The translations under genes and the position numbers were made by a program. The notes beneath the pieces are model-generated. The model was not told the DNA's origin. It did not search any database and worked only from the letters and a program-made list of their open reading frames with translations. Positions 19,934 to 29,389 of a DNA stretch of 64,000 bases are shown piece after piece. This DNA comes from Sphingomonas sp. (GTDB lineage Bacteria; Pseudomonadota; Alphaproteobacteria; Sphingomonadales; Sphingomonadaceae): positions 14,363 through 78,362 of the forward strand of contig NZ_JBBATX010000001.1 in assembly GCF_040398505.1 (NCBI RefSeq). Direction: 5' to 3'. Numbering within the stretch: the first letter of the stretch is position 1; every line of letters begins with the position of its first letter.

Positions 19934-20641
19934 GTGCAACCCAACGTTTATCGAACAACCCCCAGCACCGTTGCCGCGCGCGACGAGGGCTTACGCAAAT
20001 ATATGCTCGGCATTTATCGCAACATGGGGATCGGCCTGGCCATCACCGGTGCGGTCGCGCTGGGCGTGGCGTCGACCCCGGCGCTGGTCGCGCTGATCTT
20101 TGGCACGCCGCTGAAATGGGTCGCGATGTTCGCGCCGCTCGCTTTCGTCATGTTCTTTTCGTTCCGGATCGAGGCGATGACGACCGCGACCGCGCGCACC
20201 GCCTTCTTCGCCTTCGCCGCGGTGATGGGCGTGTCGATGGCGAGCATCTTCCTGGTCTTCACCGGCCAAAGCATTGCCCAGGCGTTCTTCACCGCCGCGA
20301 TCTTGTTCGCCGGGATGAGTCTGTGGGGCTACACCACCGGGCGCGACCTGTCGAAAATGTCGACCTTCCTGATGGTCGGCCTGATCGGCGTGGTCGGCGC
20401 AAGTCTTGTCAACGTCTTCCTCGGCTCCTCGCTGCTGCAGATCCTCGTGTCGGTCGTCGGCGTGGTCGTGTTCACCGGCCTGACCGCATGGGACACGCAG
20501 CGGCTGAAGAGCGAATATGTCGCCTATGCCGGCACGCAGGCGGCCGAAAAGCTCGCCATCATGGGTGCGCTGTCGCTGTACCTGAACCTCATCAACCTGT
20601 TCCAGCTACTGCTGGGGCTGATGGGTCAGCGCGAGGAATAA
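19934..20641 (+). CDS. Bax inhibitor-1/YccA family membrane protein
   Basis: GAGGA RBS with GTG start; DEGLRKYMLGIY, GYTTGRDLS, GLTAWDTQRLK, GALSLYLNLINLF. Confidence 0.94.
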   Translation: MQPNVYRTTPSTVAARDEGLRKYMLGIYRNMGIGLAITGAVALGVASTPALVALIFGTPLKWVAMFAPLAFVMFFSFRIEAMTTATARTAFFAFAAVMGVSMASIFLVFTGQSIAQAFFTAAILFAGMSLWGYTTGRDLSKMSTFLMVGLIGVVGASLVNVFLGSSLLQILVSVVGVVVFTGLTAWDTQRLKSEYVAYAGTQAAEKLAIMGALSLYLNLINLFQLLLGLMGQREE

Positions 20642-20648
20642 GGCCTTT

Positions 20649-20672
20649 CCCCCTCCCGCATACGGGAGGGGG
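20649..20672. terminator. Hairpin between convergent genes (single family C repeat unit)
   Basis: ccccctcccg-cata-cgggaggggg, perfect 10-bp stem. Confidence 0.6.
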
Positions 20673-20705
20673 CCTTGCTTGCGCGGCGACGGCGAACGGC
20701 CCGGC

Positions 20706-22319
20706 CTAAGCGGCAAGCCGCCCCGGCGCCGTCACCTGATCGCGCCATGAATCGACGATTCCGGCGAGCCGTTGCAAGCCTGAGGGCGTATAATGGTTGA
20801 CGTCGATCATCTCGGCCGGATCGATCGCCAGGCCGCTGTCGAGCGTGGAAATGCACGGATAGCGATCGAACATCCGGTGCCACACCGCGTTGAACCGTGT
20901 CGCGCGGGCGCGGCTCAAGCCATGGTCGGGGTAATATTGTCCGTCGGCCAGCGCCTCCGACGGCAGCACCACCAGCAACTGCTTGCCCGTTTGGAAGACA
21001 TGATTGCACAAGTGCGTCACGCACGCTTCATACAAGCCGCCGTCGAGCTGCGAGCGCAAATCCTCGCCCGGGTTGCGGAACCGATCATAAGTGCCGCCTT
21101 GCCCGAGCGACCCGGTCACGTCCTGCCACGGGGTGTTTATATAGTCGGTCCCCGCACCGTAAACGAGGTAATCGGGCAGCGGCATGTGCGTAAACGACCC
21201 ATCCCAGAGCGAGCGCATGCAGAACAGGTCCGGGTAGCTGTCGAACGCCATCTGATCGCGCAGGCCACTGAAGTGCGCGATCCCGCCCGACTGGCAATTG
21301 AACAGGATGCGGATGCTGGCGGCATCGGCCGTCATACCCGCAGCCGTTTGCGCCGCGAGCTGCGCCCGCACCGCGGGATCGGCATAAGGCAGCATCGTCA
21401 CCCAATCGACCGGATCGGTGCCGATCCGCGCCGCGGCCTCCCCCAGATCCACGTCGATCATTGGCGGATACATGTCACGTGCCCGCGCGCTCAAGAAATC
21501 CAGCGCCGCCCGCTCGAGCCCCATGTGCATCGCGCGGCACGAGAAGACCAAATGCACCGCGCGAAAGCTGCCGAGCACCTCCTCCAGCATGACGAAGCCG
21601 ACCAGCCCATAGTCGCCGTGCCGGTCCCACGCGAAGATCGATAGGCTCGGATGCGCGAGCACATCGATGATTTCCGCGCGCAGCGCATCGACGGTGCGGC
21701 GCGATTGGGTGTAATTGAGCTAGTTTGAGCGCTGCATCAGCTCGGCGATACGCTCGATATGATCGAGGTTCTCCATACAGAACGGCGCGGTCGCGCGGAT
21801 ATCGCACGAGCGCAGGAAATCCTCGTGCGACAGCGTCGGCTGGTCGCGCTGCTCCTGCTTGCGCGCTTCGAGACTGCGGTAGACGCCGCGCCGGCTGGTC
21901 GTGCCGATCTGTTCGGCCAGCAAGCCGCGCAGGACGTCGTCGGCGTCGGCCCGGGTGCTGTCGAGCACGTGAATCTCGGGCAAATGAAAGCGGACCGCTT
22001 CCAGATTCTGCGGATTGTCATGAACGAACAGCACGTCGCACGGCCGCAGTTGCATGTCGGCGATGATGCCGGCGACGCTGGCGGGTTTGGGATCAAAGGC
22101 GATCCGGCAGAACACGAACGCATCCCACCAGCCGAGTTGCTCGAGCCGATCGCGCGCCGCGGCGGCATCGTTCTTCGAGCAAATCGACGAGACCACGCCG
22201 CGCGCGTCGAAATCGCGCACTATCGCCATGCGCTGCGCGAAGGGCTCGAGCGCGTCGCCGTCGGCGAGCGTCCCACGCCACAGCGTGTCGTCGAGATCCC
22301 AGATAATCAGCTTGAGCAT
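20706..22319 (-). pseudogene. FkbH-like HAD-IIIC phosphatase domain protein interrupted by in-frame TAG at 21720-21722
   Basis: MLKLIIWDLDDTLWRG, SICSKND; reads MQRSN*LNYTQSR where the family has RSNQLNY/RTNQFN, then continues in frame to DRHGDYGLVGF..FSCR. Motif IV is VHDNP instead of VDDNP. Confidence 0.85.
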
Positions 22320-22426
22320 CGATCTTCGTCCGGGCCAGATTGATGGCTCCATCATAGACGATTGGGCCGCGGGGCGGCTCGGCCGACCAGGAAATGCGCC
22401 CTGGTCACGTCGAAGGCGCAGCCGCG

Positions 22427-23542
22427 CTACCCAAACGCAGCCTTCGCCACCCACGTCACCCGGCACGCCAGATCCGCCTCGCCGCTCGCCACGATATAAT
22501 GGTCGCCGGCATCCACGATCCCCGTCGTAAACACGACATTGTCGAGATACATCAGATCCTTGAGTCGGTCGGTCAGCGCCGCATTCGCTTCAATCAGCGG
22601 CGCATCCGCCGTGCGCAGCACCACGCTCGGGTCGTCGCGGTCGAGCAGGCTCCAATAGGTGCGGTAGATGCCGACCACGCCCGCCGGTTCCACCCCGTGC
22701 CACAGGCTGAGCCACCCCTCCGGCGTCAGGATCGGCGGTGCGCCGCCGCCCATCCGCGCCGTCGCCATCGTCGCGGCGTGCGGGCGGATGCCGGGCTTGT
22801 CATAGGGTTTCCAGTGCAGCGCATCGGGCGAGGAGGCGAGGTTGATCGACGGCCCGGCGCGCCATTCGCTCCCCGGCGGATAGGCGAAATACAAATCGCC
22901 CAAGGGCCGCGTCTGCGCGAAATATTTGCCGCCGATCAGCCCTTCAAAGATCAGCATGTCCTTATTCTGATGATCGAGCACGATCCCCTCGAGCGTCCAG
23001 TCGAGCGCATTGTCCGAGGTGTAGAGCGTGGTCGAATGCCGCTCGGGGCTGACCGAGCAAGTCGTCATCAGATAGCGCCCCCCCACCTTGCTGATCCGCG
23101 CATCCTCGACGCCGTAGCATTGGTAGGGCGCGCGCGGCGGAACCGCCTTGTCATAATGCACCTGCTCGACCCTGGTGCCAGCGGCATTGAGCTCGACCGG
23201 CAGCAGCCACGAGATCGACGTCAGCGCCATGATCTTCCACCCGGCCGCGCGCATCATGAATTTGCGCGGATCGGCGGTATCGACATATTCGAGCGGCCAC
23301 GCGTCGAGGCAATAACCGCCGTCAAACCAGCGAATGGCATGGATGTGCTGGTCCTGGATCGGGGTGCGCAGCGCCTCCGCCACGCGCACCATGAGCAGCA
23401 AATTCCCGTTCGCCAACCGCGTCATACCCGGGTTGAACGCGCCGAGCACATAGGTTTCGGCATCGACCTTCCCGGCAAGCGGCGACTTGGTCAGGTCGAC
23501 ATCTGCGGGGGTGAAGATCAGCGCATCGTGCGAAAAGGTCAT
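22427..23542 (-). CDS. GH130-like glycosidase / mannoside phosphorylase (beta-propeller)
   Basis: GAFNPG, YGVEDARI, NKDMLIFEG, RMGGGAPPILTPEGWL..WHGV, NVVFTTG, GEAD; AAGGA RBS. Confidence 0.87.
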   Translation of the reverse strand: MTFSHDALIFTPADVDLTKSPLAGKVDAETYVLGAFNPGMTRLANGNLLLMVRVAEALRTPIQDQHIHAIRWFDGGYCLDAWPLEYVDTADPRKFMMRAAGWKIMALTSISWLLPVELNAAGTRVEQVHYDKAVPPRAPYQCYGVEDARISKVGGRYLMTTCSVSPERHSTTLYTSDNALDWTLEGIVLDHQNKDMLIFEGLIGGKYFAQTRPLGDLYFAYPPGSEWRAGPSINLASSPDALHWKPYDKPGIRPHAATMATARMGGGAPPILTPEGWLSLWHGVEPAGVVGIYRTYWSLLDRDDPSVVLRTADAPLIEANAALTDRLKDLMYLDNVVFTTGIVDAGDHYIVASGEADLACRVTWVAKAAFG

Positions 23543-23620
23543 GCGTGATTTCCTTGGGATACGGTCGCCGACGGCCCTTAACCGATGAACCGGACCGCGG
23601 GTGCCACCTTTAAACGAAAA

Positions 23621-23690
23621 CCCGCTTCCCCGGCGAAGATAGGAGGGATGAACCGGACAGCACCGCGCTGTAAACTTGGCGCAACTCAAA
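23621..23690 (+). mobile_element. Half family B repeat joined to a possible IS110-family left-end fragment
   Basis: cccgcttccccggcgaag stops at the hairpin loop and is followed by ATAGGAGGGATGAACCGGACAGCAC..GCAACTCAA. The resemblance to IS110 noncoding ends is from memory only; no transposase is present. Confidence 0.35.
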
Positions 23691-23692
23691 CT

Positions 23693-23794
23693 CCGTTCGG
23701 CCCCGGACTGGATCCGGGGCTGTCGAAGCCCAGCGTGCCACAAGCAGTGCCGGACGTGTTGCACGCTGCCCTTCGACAAGCTCAGGGCGAACGG
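23693..23794. repeat. Family A repeat with nested CCCCGGACTGGATCCGGGG hairpin
   Basis: ccgttcgg-ccccggactggatccgggg-ctgtcgaag ... cttcgacaagctcagggcgaacgg. Confidence 0.85.
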
Positions 23795-23825
23795 GATAGG
23801 TACGCCATCTTGAGGGCACGATACC

Positions 23826-24686
23826 CTAAACCGCCACCCGCGCGAGCAACCGGTCGATCCCGGCAATCGCCTCGGGTTCGTTCAGCGTCGGGGTATGGCC
23901 GACATCGGCGATCGTCACCACTTCGCCAGCATCAAGCGTCTCCGCCATCCGCGCCGCGGTCGCCGCCGACAGCACATCCGATCGCGCGCCCCGCACGATC
24001 AGCGTCGGCACGCTCTTCAGCACATCGAGCGCGCGCCACATATCGGGCCCCGCCTCATTCCCCGGCACGCGGAACGGCTCGGCGATCTTCATGTCGTAAT
24101 CGAGCACGATCCGCCCCGCACTGTTGAGCCGGTACAGTCGCTTCGCCATAGCCAGCCAATCTTCGAGCGCGAAGCCCGGATAGACATCGCCATTCGCCTC
24201 GGCGACCGCGCGTGCGGCATGGATCCAGGTCGGCCAGGTATTCGAGCGTCCGACATAGCTGCGGATCCGCGAAAGCCCCTGCGGCATGAGGTCGGGTCCG
24301 ACATCGTTGAGCAGCACGCCCGCCAGCCGCGCATGCCCGGTCCCCGCGAGCAGCATCGACACGATCCCGCCAAGCGAGCTGCCAAAGGCAATGTAGCGAT
24401 CCACGCCCAGCTCGCCGAGCAACCCTTCGACATCCTGCACATAGGTGAGCGGGACATAGGTCATCGGATCCTTGGCATAACCGCTGTCACCGCGCCCGCG
24501 CAGATCGACCGCGATCACGCGCCAGTCGGGCGACAGCCGCCGCGCGACATCATCGAATTCGCGCGCGTTGCGCGTCAGGCCGGGCAGGCAGACGATCGGC
24601 GGCTTGGCCAAATCCCCCGGATAGTCGCGATAATGGAGGCGGATCCCGTCGTTCGACCACCAATATCGATTTTCATAAGCCGACAT
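23826..24686 (-). CDS. Alpha/beta fold hydrolase
   Basis: CLPGLTRN, DLRGRGDS, nucleophile GSSLGG, RGARSD, VGHTP. Confidence 0.92.
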   Translation of the reverse strand: MSAYENRYWWSNDGIRLHYRDYPGDLAKPPIVCLPGLTRNAREFDDVARRLSPDWRVIAVDLRGRGDSGYAKDPMTYVPLTYVQDVEGLLGELGVDRYIAFGSSLGGIVSMLLAGTGHARLAGVLLNDVGPDLMPQGLSRIRSYVGRSNTWPTWIHAARAVAEANGDVYPGFALEDWLAMAKRLYRLNSAGRIVLDYDMKIAEPFRVPGNEAGPDMWRALDVLKSVPTLIVRGARSDVLSAATAARMAETLDAGEVVTIADVGHTPTLNEPEAIAGIDRLLARVAV

Positions 24687-24747
24687 TGATCGGTCCCTGT
24701 TTGGGCGTGGGGTTGCGTCCCGCGGGTGCGCGCCTCCATATCCACGC

Positions 24748-26121
24748 ATGAGCACCCCCCCGCAAGCCTATCTCTCCCAGCCCTATCTCGCGGAGCGCCG
24801 CATCCTCGAGCTGGGCGATGCGCTTTACGATGCGGTCGAGGCGGCACGCTTCCCGCAGACGGTTTTGCGCTTCCGCAACGATCACGCGGCGGTGGAGGTC
24901 GGGCTCGCCACGCTCGCCGATGCCGACTGGCTGGCGCATTTCGGCCGGTTCGTGCCGCTGCCCGACACCCTCGAACAGCCGCTCGCGCTGCGCTATCACG
25001 GCCACCAGTTCCGGCAATATAATCCCGAGATCGGCGACGGGCGTGGCTTCCTGTTCGCGCAGGCGCGCGATGCGCAAGGGCGTCTGATGGACCTCGGCAC
25101 CAAGGGATCGGGCACGACGCCGTGGAGTCGCTTCGGCGACGGTCGCCTGACACTCAAAGGCGGGGTCCGCGAAGTGCTCGCGACCGAAATGCTGCAGGCG
25201 CTCGGCGTCAACACCTCGCGCAGCTTCTCGTTGATCGAAACCGGCGAAGCGCTGGAACGCGGCGACGAGCCCTCGCCCACCCGCTCGGCCGTATTGGTCC
25301 GGCTGAGCCACGGCCATATCCGCATCGGCACGTTTCAGCGGCTCGCTTATCTGCGCGATGCCGAAACTATGGAGCGGCTGATCGGCTATGTCCTCCGCAA
25401 CCTTTACGACGAAGACCCTAGCGAGGATGCGGCGGCGCGGCTGCTCGATCTGGTGGTCAACCGCACCGCGACACTCGCCGCCAGCTACATGGCCGCAGGG
25501 TTCGTCCACGGCGTGCTCAACACCGACAATATCAACGTGACCGGCGAGAGTTTCGATTATGGCCCGTGGCGTTTCGCGCCGACTTGGGACCCGAGCTTCA
25601 CCGCCGCCTATTTCGACCATCACAGCCTCTACGCCTTCGGCCGCCAGCCCGAGGCGATCCACTGGAACGCGATGCAGCTCGCCGTCTCGCTGCGCACCGT
25701 CAGCGACGCCGAACCGCTGATCGCGGTGCTCGACAGCTTTGCCGAACGCTATCAGCGCGCAGTATCGCAGGCGATCCTGTGGCGGCTCGGCGTGGTGCCG
25801 CAGGACCCGTTCAGCGACAGGGCGCTCGTGCAGGCGGTCGAACGCGGGCTGGTGGCGAGCAAATTCGGGCTCGACCGCTTCTTCTTCGATGCGTTCGGCG
25901 GGACTGCGCCGGCGGGCGCGGCATTTGACGAAGCGCGCTCGGCTTTGGCGGCCTATGCCCCGCGCAAACCCCGCGACCACGCTTATTGGCAAGGCGAACC
26001 CTGTTCGATGCTGATCGACGAGGTCGAGGCAATCTGGGCCGCGATCGACCAAAGCGACGATTGGGCCCCGTTCGAGGCCAAGATCGCCGCGATCCGCAGG
26101 ATGGGCGAAGCGCTGAGCTAG
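24748..26121 (+). CDS. selO: Protein adenylyltransferase SelO (YdiU)
   Basis: YHGHQF, GDGRG, KGSGTTPWSRFGDGR, RIGTFQ, GFVHGVLNTDN, DYGP. Confidence 0.95.
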   Translation: MSTPPQAYLSQPYLAERRILELGDALYDAVEAARFPQTVLRFRNDHAAVEVGLATLADADWLAHFGRFVPLPDTLEQPLALRYHGHQFRQYNPEIGDGRGFLFAQARDAQGRLMDLGTKGSGTTPWSRFGDGRLTLKGGVREVLATEMLQALGVNTSRSFSLIETGEALERGDEPSPTRSAVLVRLSHGHIRIGTFQRLAYLRDAETMERLIGYVLRNLYDEDPSEDAAARLLDLVVNRTATLAASYMAAGFVHGVLNTDNINVTGESFDYGPWRFAPTWDPSFTAAYFDHHSLYAFGRQPEAIHWNAMQLAVSLRTVSDAEPLIAVLDSFAERYQRAVSQAILWRLGVVPQDPFSDRALVQAVERGLVASKFGLDRFFFDAFGGTAPAGAAFDEARSALAAYAPRKPRDHAYWQGEPCSMLIDEVEAIWAAIDQSDDWAPFEAKIAAIRRMGEALS

Positions 26122-26124
26122 CGC

Positions 26125-26149
26125 CTCCCCTCCCTTCCAGGGAGGGGAG
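26125..26149. repeat. Single family C hairpin unit
   Basis: ctcccctccc-ttcca-gggaggggag; core identical to 62401-62421. Confidence 0.75.
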
Positions 26150-26193
26150 CAAAGTGTGGATTCCCCCACAAAACTAAGGCAAACACCTCCGCA

Positions 26194-27606
26194 ATGTCCT
26201 CCGAACTCCTTTCCTACGAACCCGCAACCGGCGCGACCTTGTGGCGCGGCCAAATCGGCGATGTCGATGCCGAGGTCGCCGCCGCGCGTGCGAGCTGGGC
26301 CCCGTGGGCCGCGCAACCGCTCGCCTACCGGATCGAGGCGCTGCGCCGCTTCGCCAATGTCGTGCGCGCGCGCGCCGATGATTTTGCCGATCTGATCGCG
26401 CGCGAAACCGGCAAGCCGCTCTGGGAAGCACGCACCGAGGTCGAATCGGTCATCGCCAAGGTTGATATCTCGGTCAGCGCCTATGCCGAACGCACGCCGC
26501 AACGCCGGCTCGATACGCAAATGGGCGGGCGCATGGCGCTGCGCCACAAGCCGCACGGCGTGCTCGCGGTGCTCGGGCCATATAATTTCCCGGCGCATTT
26601 GCCCAACGGCCATATCGTCCCCGCGCTCCTCGCCGGGAATGCGGTGGTGTTCAAACCGTCGGAGAAAACGCCAGCCGTGGGCGCATTCCTGGTCGATTGC
26701 TTCCACGCCAGCGGCATGCCCAAAGGCTGCGTTCGCTTGCTGATCGGCGGCGCGGCCGAGGGCAAGGCGCTGGCCGGGCATGACGGGATCGACGGGCTGC
26801 TCTTCACCGGCTCCGCGCACACCGGCATCGCGCTCAACCGCCAGTTCGCGACGCGGCCCGAGAAGATCCTCGCGCTGGAGATGGGCGGCAACAATCCGAT
26901 CGTGGTGTGGGATTCGCCCGATCTCCACGCCGCCGCCGTCCTGATCGTACAATCGGCCTTTACCAGCGCCGGCCAGCGCTGCACCGCCGCGCGCCGGCTG
27001 ATCGTCGATGAAAAGCTCTACGATCCGCTGATGGCCGAAGTGATCAAATTGGTCACCCGCATCATCGTCGATGAACCGCATGCCAATCCCGCCCCGTTCA
27101 TGGGCCCGGTGATCGACAATGAAAGCGCCGACCTGCTGAGCGAGAGTTTTCTCGAACTGATGATGCGCGGCGGGCGCGCGATCCGCCACCTCGAACGCCC
27201 CTTGCCCGACCGCCCGTTCCTGCGCCCGGCGCTGATCGACACGACCGACATGAACGACCGGCCCGACATCGAGCTGTTCGGCCCGATCCTGCAAGTGATC
27301 CGCAAATCGAGCTTCGAGGATGCAATCGCCGAGGCCAACAACACGCGATATGGCCTTTCGGCATCGCTGCTCAGCCAGAATCCCAAGCTCTACGACCAGT
27401 TTTGGGCCAATGCGCGCGCCGGGATCGTCAACTGGAACAAGCCGACCAACGGGGCGTCATCGGGCGCGCCGTTCGGCGGGATCGGCTGGTCGGGCAACCA
27501 CCGCCCGAGCGCGTACTATGCCGCCGATTATTGCGCCTATCCCGTGGTCTCGAGCGAAGCTGACCAGGCCCGTGCGAGCATCGGGGTCGGTTTGCGGGAT
27601 GAATGA
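26194..27606 (+). CDS. astD: Succinylglutamate-semialdehyde dehydrogenase
   Basis: GPYNFPAHLPNGHIVPALLAGN, FTGS, LALEMGGNNP, SAGQRCT, SGNHRPSAYYAADYCAYP. Confidence 0.93.
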   Translation: MSSELLSYEPATGATLWRGQIGDVDAEVAAARASWAPWAAQPLAYRIEALRRFANVVRARADDFADLIARETGKPLWEARTEVESVIAKVDISVSAYAERTPQRRLDTQMGGRMALRHKPHGVLAVLGPYNFPAHLPNGHIVPALLAGNAVVFKPSEKTPAVGAFLVDCFHASGMPKGCVRLLIGGAAEGKALAGHDGIDGLLFTGSAHTGIALNRQFATRPEKILALEMGGNNPIVVWDSPDLHAAAVLIVQSAFTSAGQRCTAARRLIVDEKLYDPLMAEVIKLVTRIIVDEPHANPAPFMGPVIDNESADLLSESFLELMMRGGRAIRHLERPLPDRPFLRPALIDTTDMNDRPDIELFGPILQVIRKSSFEDAIAEANNTRYGLSASLLSQNPKLYDQFWANARAGIVNWNKPTNGASSGAPFGGIGWSGNHRPSAYYAADYCAYPVVSSEADQARASIGVGLRDE

Positions 27607-28054
27607 CCTGGACGCCAGTGTCGCAGCCTTGCGGCACGACGCCGCGATCAAAGCGATGCTCGTCCGGATTTGCGAAACCACTGCGATGGGCTTCGCTGCC
27701 GTCGTCCGCGTCACCGATTCGCGGTGGGTGGCATGCCAGGTGCTCGACCGGATCGAGTTCGGGCTCGATGCCGGCGACGAACTTGACCTCAAAACCACGA
27801 TTTGCGACGAAATCCGTGGGCACGGCCGATCGGTCATCATCGATCACGTCGCGGCCGATCGCGATTGGCCCACCCACCCGACGCCGGTGCTGTACGGCTT
27901 CCAAAGCTACATCGCCTTTCCGATCGTCCGCGCCGACGGCAGTTTTTTCGGAACGCTGTGTGCGATCGATCCCCAGCCGCACAAACTCGACACGCCCGAG
28001 ATCGTCGGATTGTTTCAAAGTCTTTCGCGCGAGATCGCAGCCTTGCTCGGCTGA
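27599..28054 (+). CDS. Stand-alone GAF domain protein
   Basis: GMGFAAVVRVT..WVAC, TTICDEIR, SYIAFPI..DGSFFGTLCAID; overlaps the astD stop. Confidence 0.85.
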   Translation: MNDLDASVAALRHDAAIKAMLVRICETTAMGFAAVVRVTDSRWVACQVLDRIEFGLDAGDELDLKTTICDEIRGHGRSVIIDHVAADRDWPTHPTPVLYGFQSYIAFPIVRADGSFFGTLCAIDPQPHKLDTPEIVGLFQSLSREIAALLG

Positions 28055-28120
28055 TCGCACGCAGTATATTCGCGCCAGACGCAAATGCAGCGCGGCGGAG
28101 TGTTACGAGAGGAGCGGATC

Positions 28121-28504
28121 ATGCAAGTCGAAGGTCAATCGATCGTCGCCCAGACCGATATGCTGGCCCCCGTCCCCTTTCCCATTCCCGGCACCACCCC
28201 GCCCGACGGCGTGACCGCGACGCTGGTCAATATCGATGCCGCGCGCGGTCTTGTCACCACGATCATCCATATTGCGCCCGGCGCGCGGATCCCGGCGCAT
28301 TATCACGATGACGGGCCGGAGGCGCATTACGTGCTGAGCGGGGACTTCATCAATGCCGGCGAAACGCTCGGGCCGGGCGCCTTCGTGACGCACCCCACGG
28401 GCGTCGTCCACGGGCCGCACGAATCGCGCACCGGGTGCAGCATCCTCACGCTGCAAAGCGCCTATGTCGATCCGGCGAACCCCGATTTTCATATTGTCGA
28501 GTAA
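28121..28504 (+). CDS. ChrR-like cupin domain protein
   Basis: GAGGAG RBS; PGARIPAHYH..E.HYVLSG, HPTGVVHGPH. Confidence 0.85.
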   Translation: MQVEGQSIVAQTDMLAPVPFPIPGTTPPDGVTATLVNIDAARGLVTTIIHIAPGARIPAHYHDDGPEAHYVLSGDFINAGETLGPGAFVTHPTGVVHGPHESRTGCSILTLQSAYVDPANPDFHIVE

Positions 28505-28585
28505 CGCGCTCGACAAAAGCTGACCTACCCGACCACAAAGCATCCTTGAATTGCGGAAGCGCTTGGTCCAGCCCATCTGACAGCG

Positions 28586-29389
28586 ATGGCAACACCCCTT
28601 GATCCGACCGCGCCCATCTCCTCAAAGGTGGGGCGCGCTATCCTTGTTGGCGCCGGCCCCGGCGATCCCGGCCTCCTGACCGTGCGCGCCGTCGCCGCGC
28701 TGAAGCAGGCCGACATCGTCGTCCATGACGGCCTGATCGATCCGCGCGTGCTCGATCTTGCCCCCCCGCAGGCGCAGCGCATTTCCGTCGCCAAGCAGCG
28801 CGCGCGCCACACGCTGCCGCAGGAAGCAATCAACGCGCTGATCGTCGCGCAGGTGCAGGCAGGCCGCATCGTCGTCCGGCTCAAGGGCGGCGACCCGTTC
28901 ATTTTCGGGCGCGGCGGCGAAGAGGTCGAAGCCGTGCGCGCAGCGGGTCTCCCGATCGAAGTGATCCCCGGCGTATCGGCCGCCCTCGGTTGCGCGGCCG
29001 AGGCAATGCTCCCGCTCACCCACCGCGATCATGCGAGTGCGGTCAGTTTTGTTGCCGGCCAGTGCAAGGGCCTCGCCGATCAGGACTGGTCTGGCCTCGC
29101 CGGCAAGGGCCGCACGCTCGTCATCTATATGGGCGTCGCGACTGCAAGCGACATCGCCGACAAATTAATGTGCGACGGCGTCGCACCCGAAATGCCGGTC
29201 GCGGTGCTTGAACGCGGGACGCTCGACGGGCACCGCGCGATCAAGACTTTGCTCGCCGATCTCGGGGAGATGGTAACGCGCGAAAAGGTTGCCAGTCCGG
29301 CGATCATCGTCGTCGGCGACGTCGTCCATCTGTCCGACGCCGAGGATAAATTGGGCCGTTGGGCCAGAATTGCGGAGAGTGTGGCGTGA
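28586..29389 (+). CDS. cobA: Uroporphyrinogen-III C-methyltransferase (siroheme synthesis)
   Basis: LVGAGPGDPGLLT, VRLKGGDPFIFGRGGEE, PGVSA, PLTHR, IYMG. Confidence 0.95.
   Translation: MATPLDPTAPISSKVGRAILVGAGPGDPGLLTVRAVAALKQADIVVHDGLIDPRVLDLAPPQAQRISVAKQRARHTLPQEAINALIVAQVQAGRIVVRLKGGDPFIFGRGGEEVEAVRAAGLPIEVIPGVSAALGCAAEAMLPLTHRDHASAVSFVAGQCKGLADQDWSGLAGKGRTLVIYMGVATASDIADKLMCDGVAPEMPVAVLERGTLDGHRAIKTLLADLGEMVTREKVASPAIIVVGDVVHLSDAEDKLGRWARIAESVA

Noticed and set aside
21720-21722. Pyrrolysine or selenocysteine recoding in the FkbH-like gene
   Set aside because: The codon is TAG at a conserved Gln, one transition from CAG; no pyl or sel machinery in the window, and a second catalytic lesion favours decay.
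23584-23658. 12-bp direct repeat GATGAACCGGAC as mini-CRISPR or att site
   Set aside because: Only two short copies, with no cas gene or integrase; kept only as part of the possible IS110 fragment.
24673-27294. 873-aa minus-strand ORF
   Set aside because: Antisense shadow of selO and astD, typical of high-GC codon bias; no recognisable motifs.
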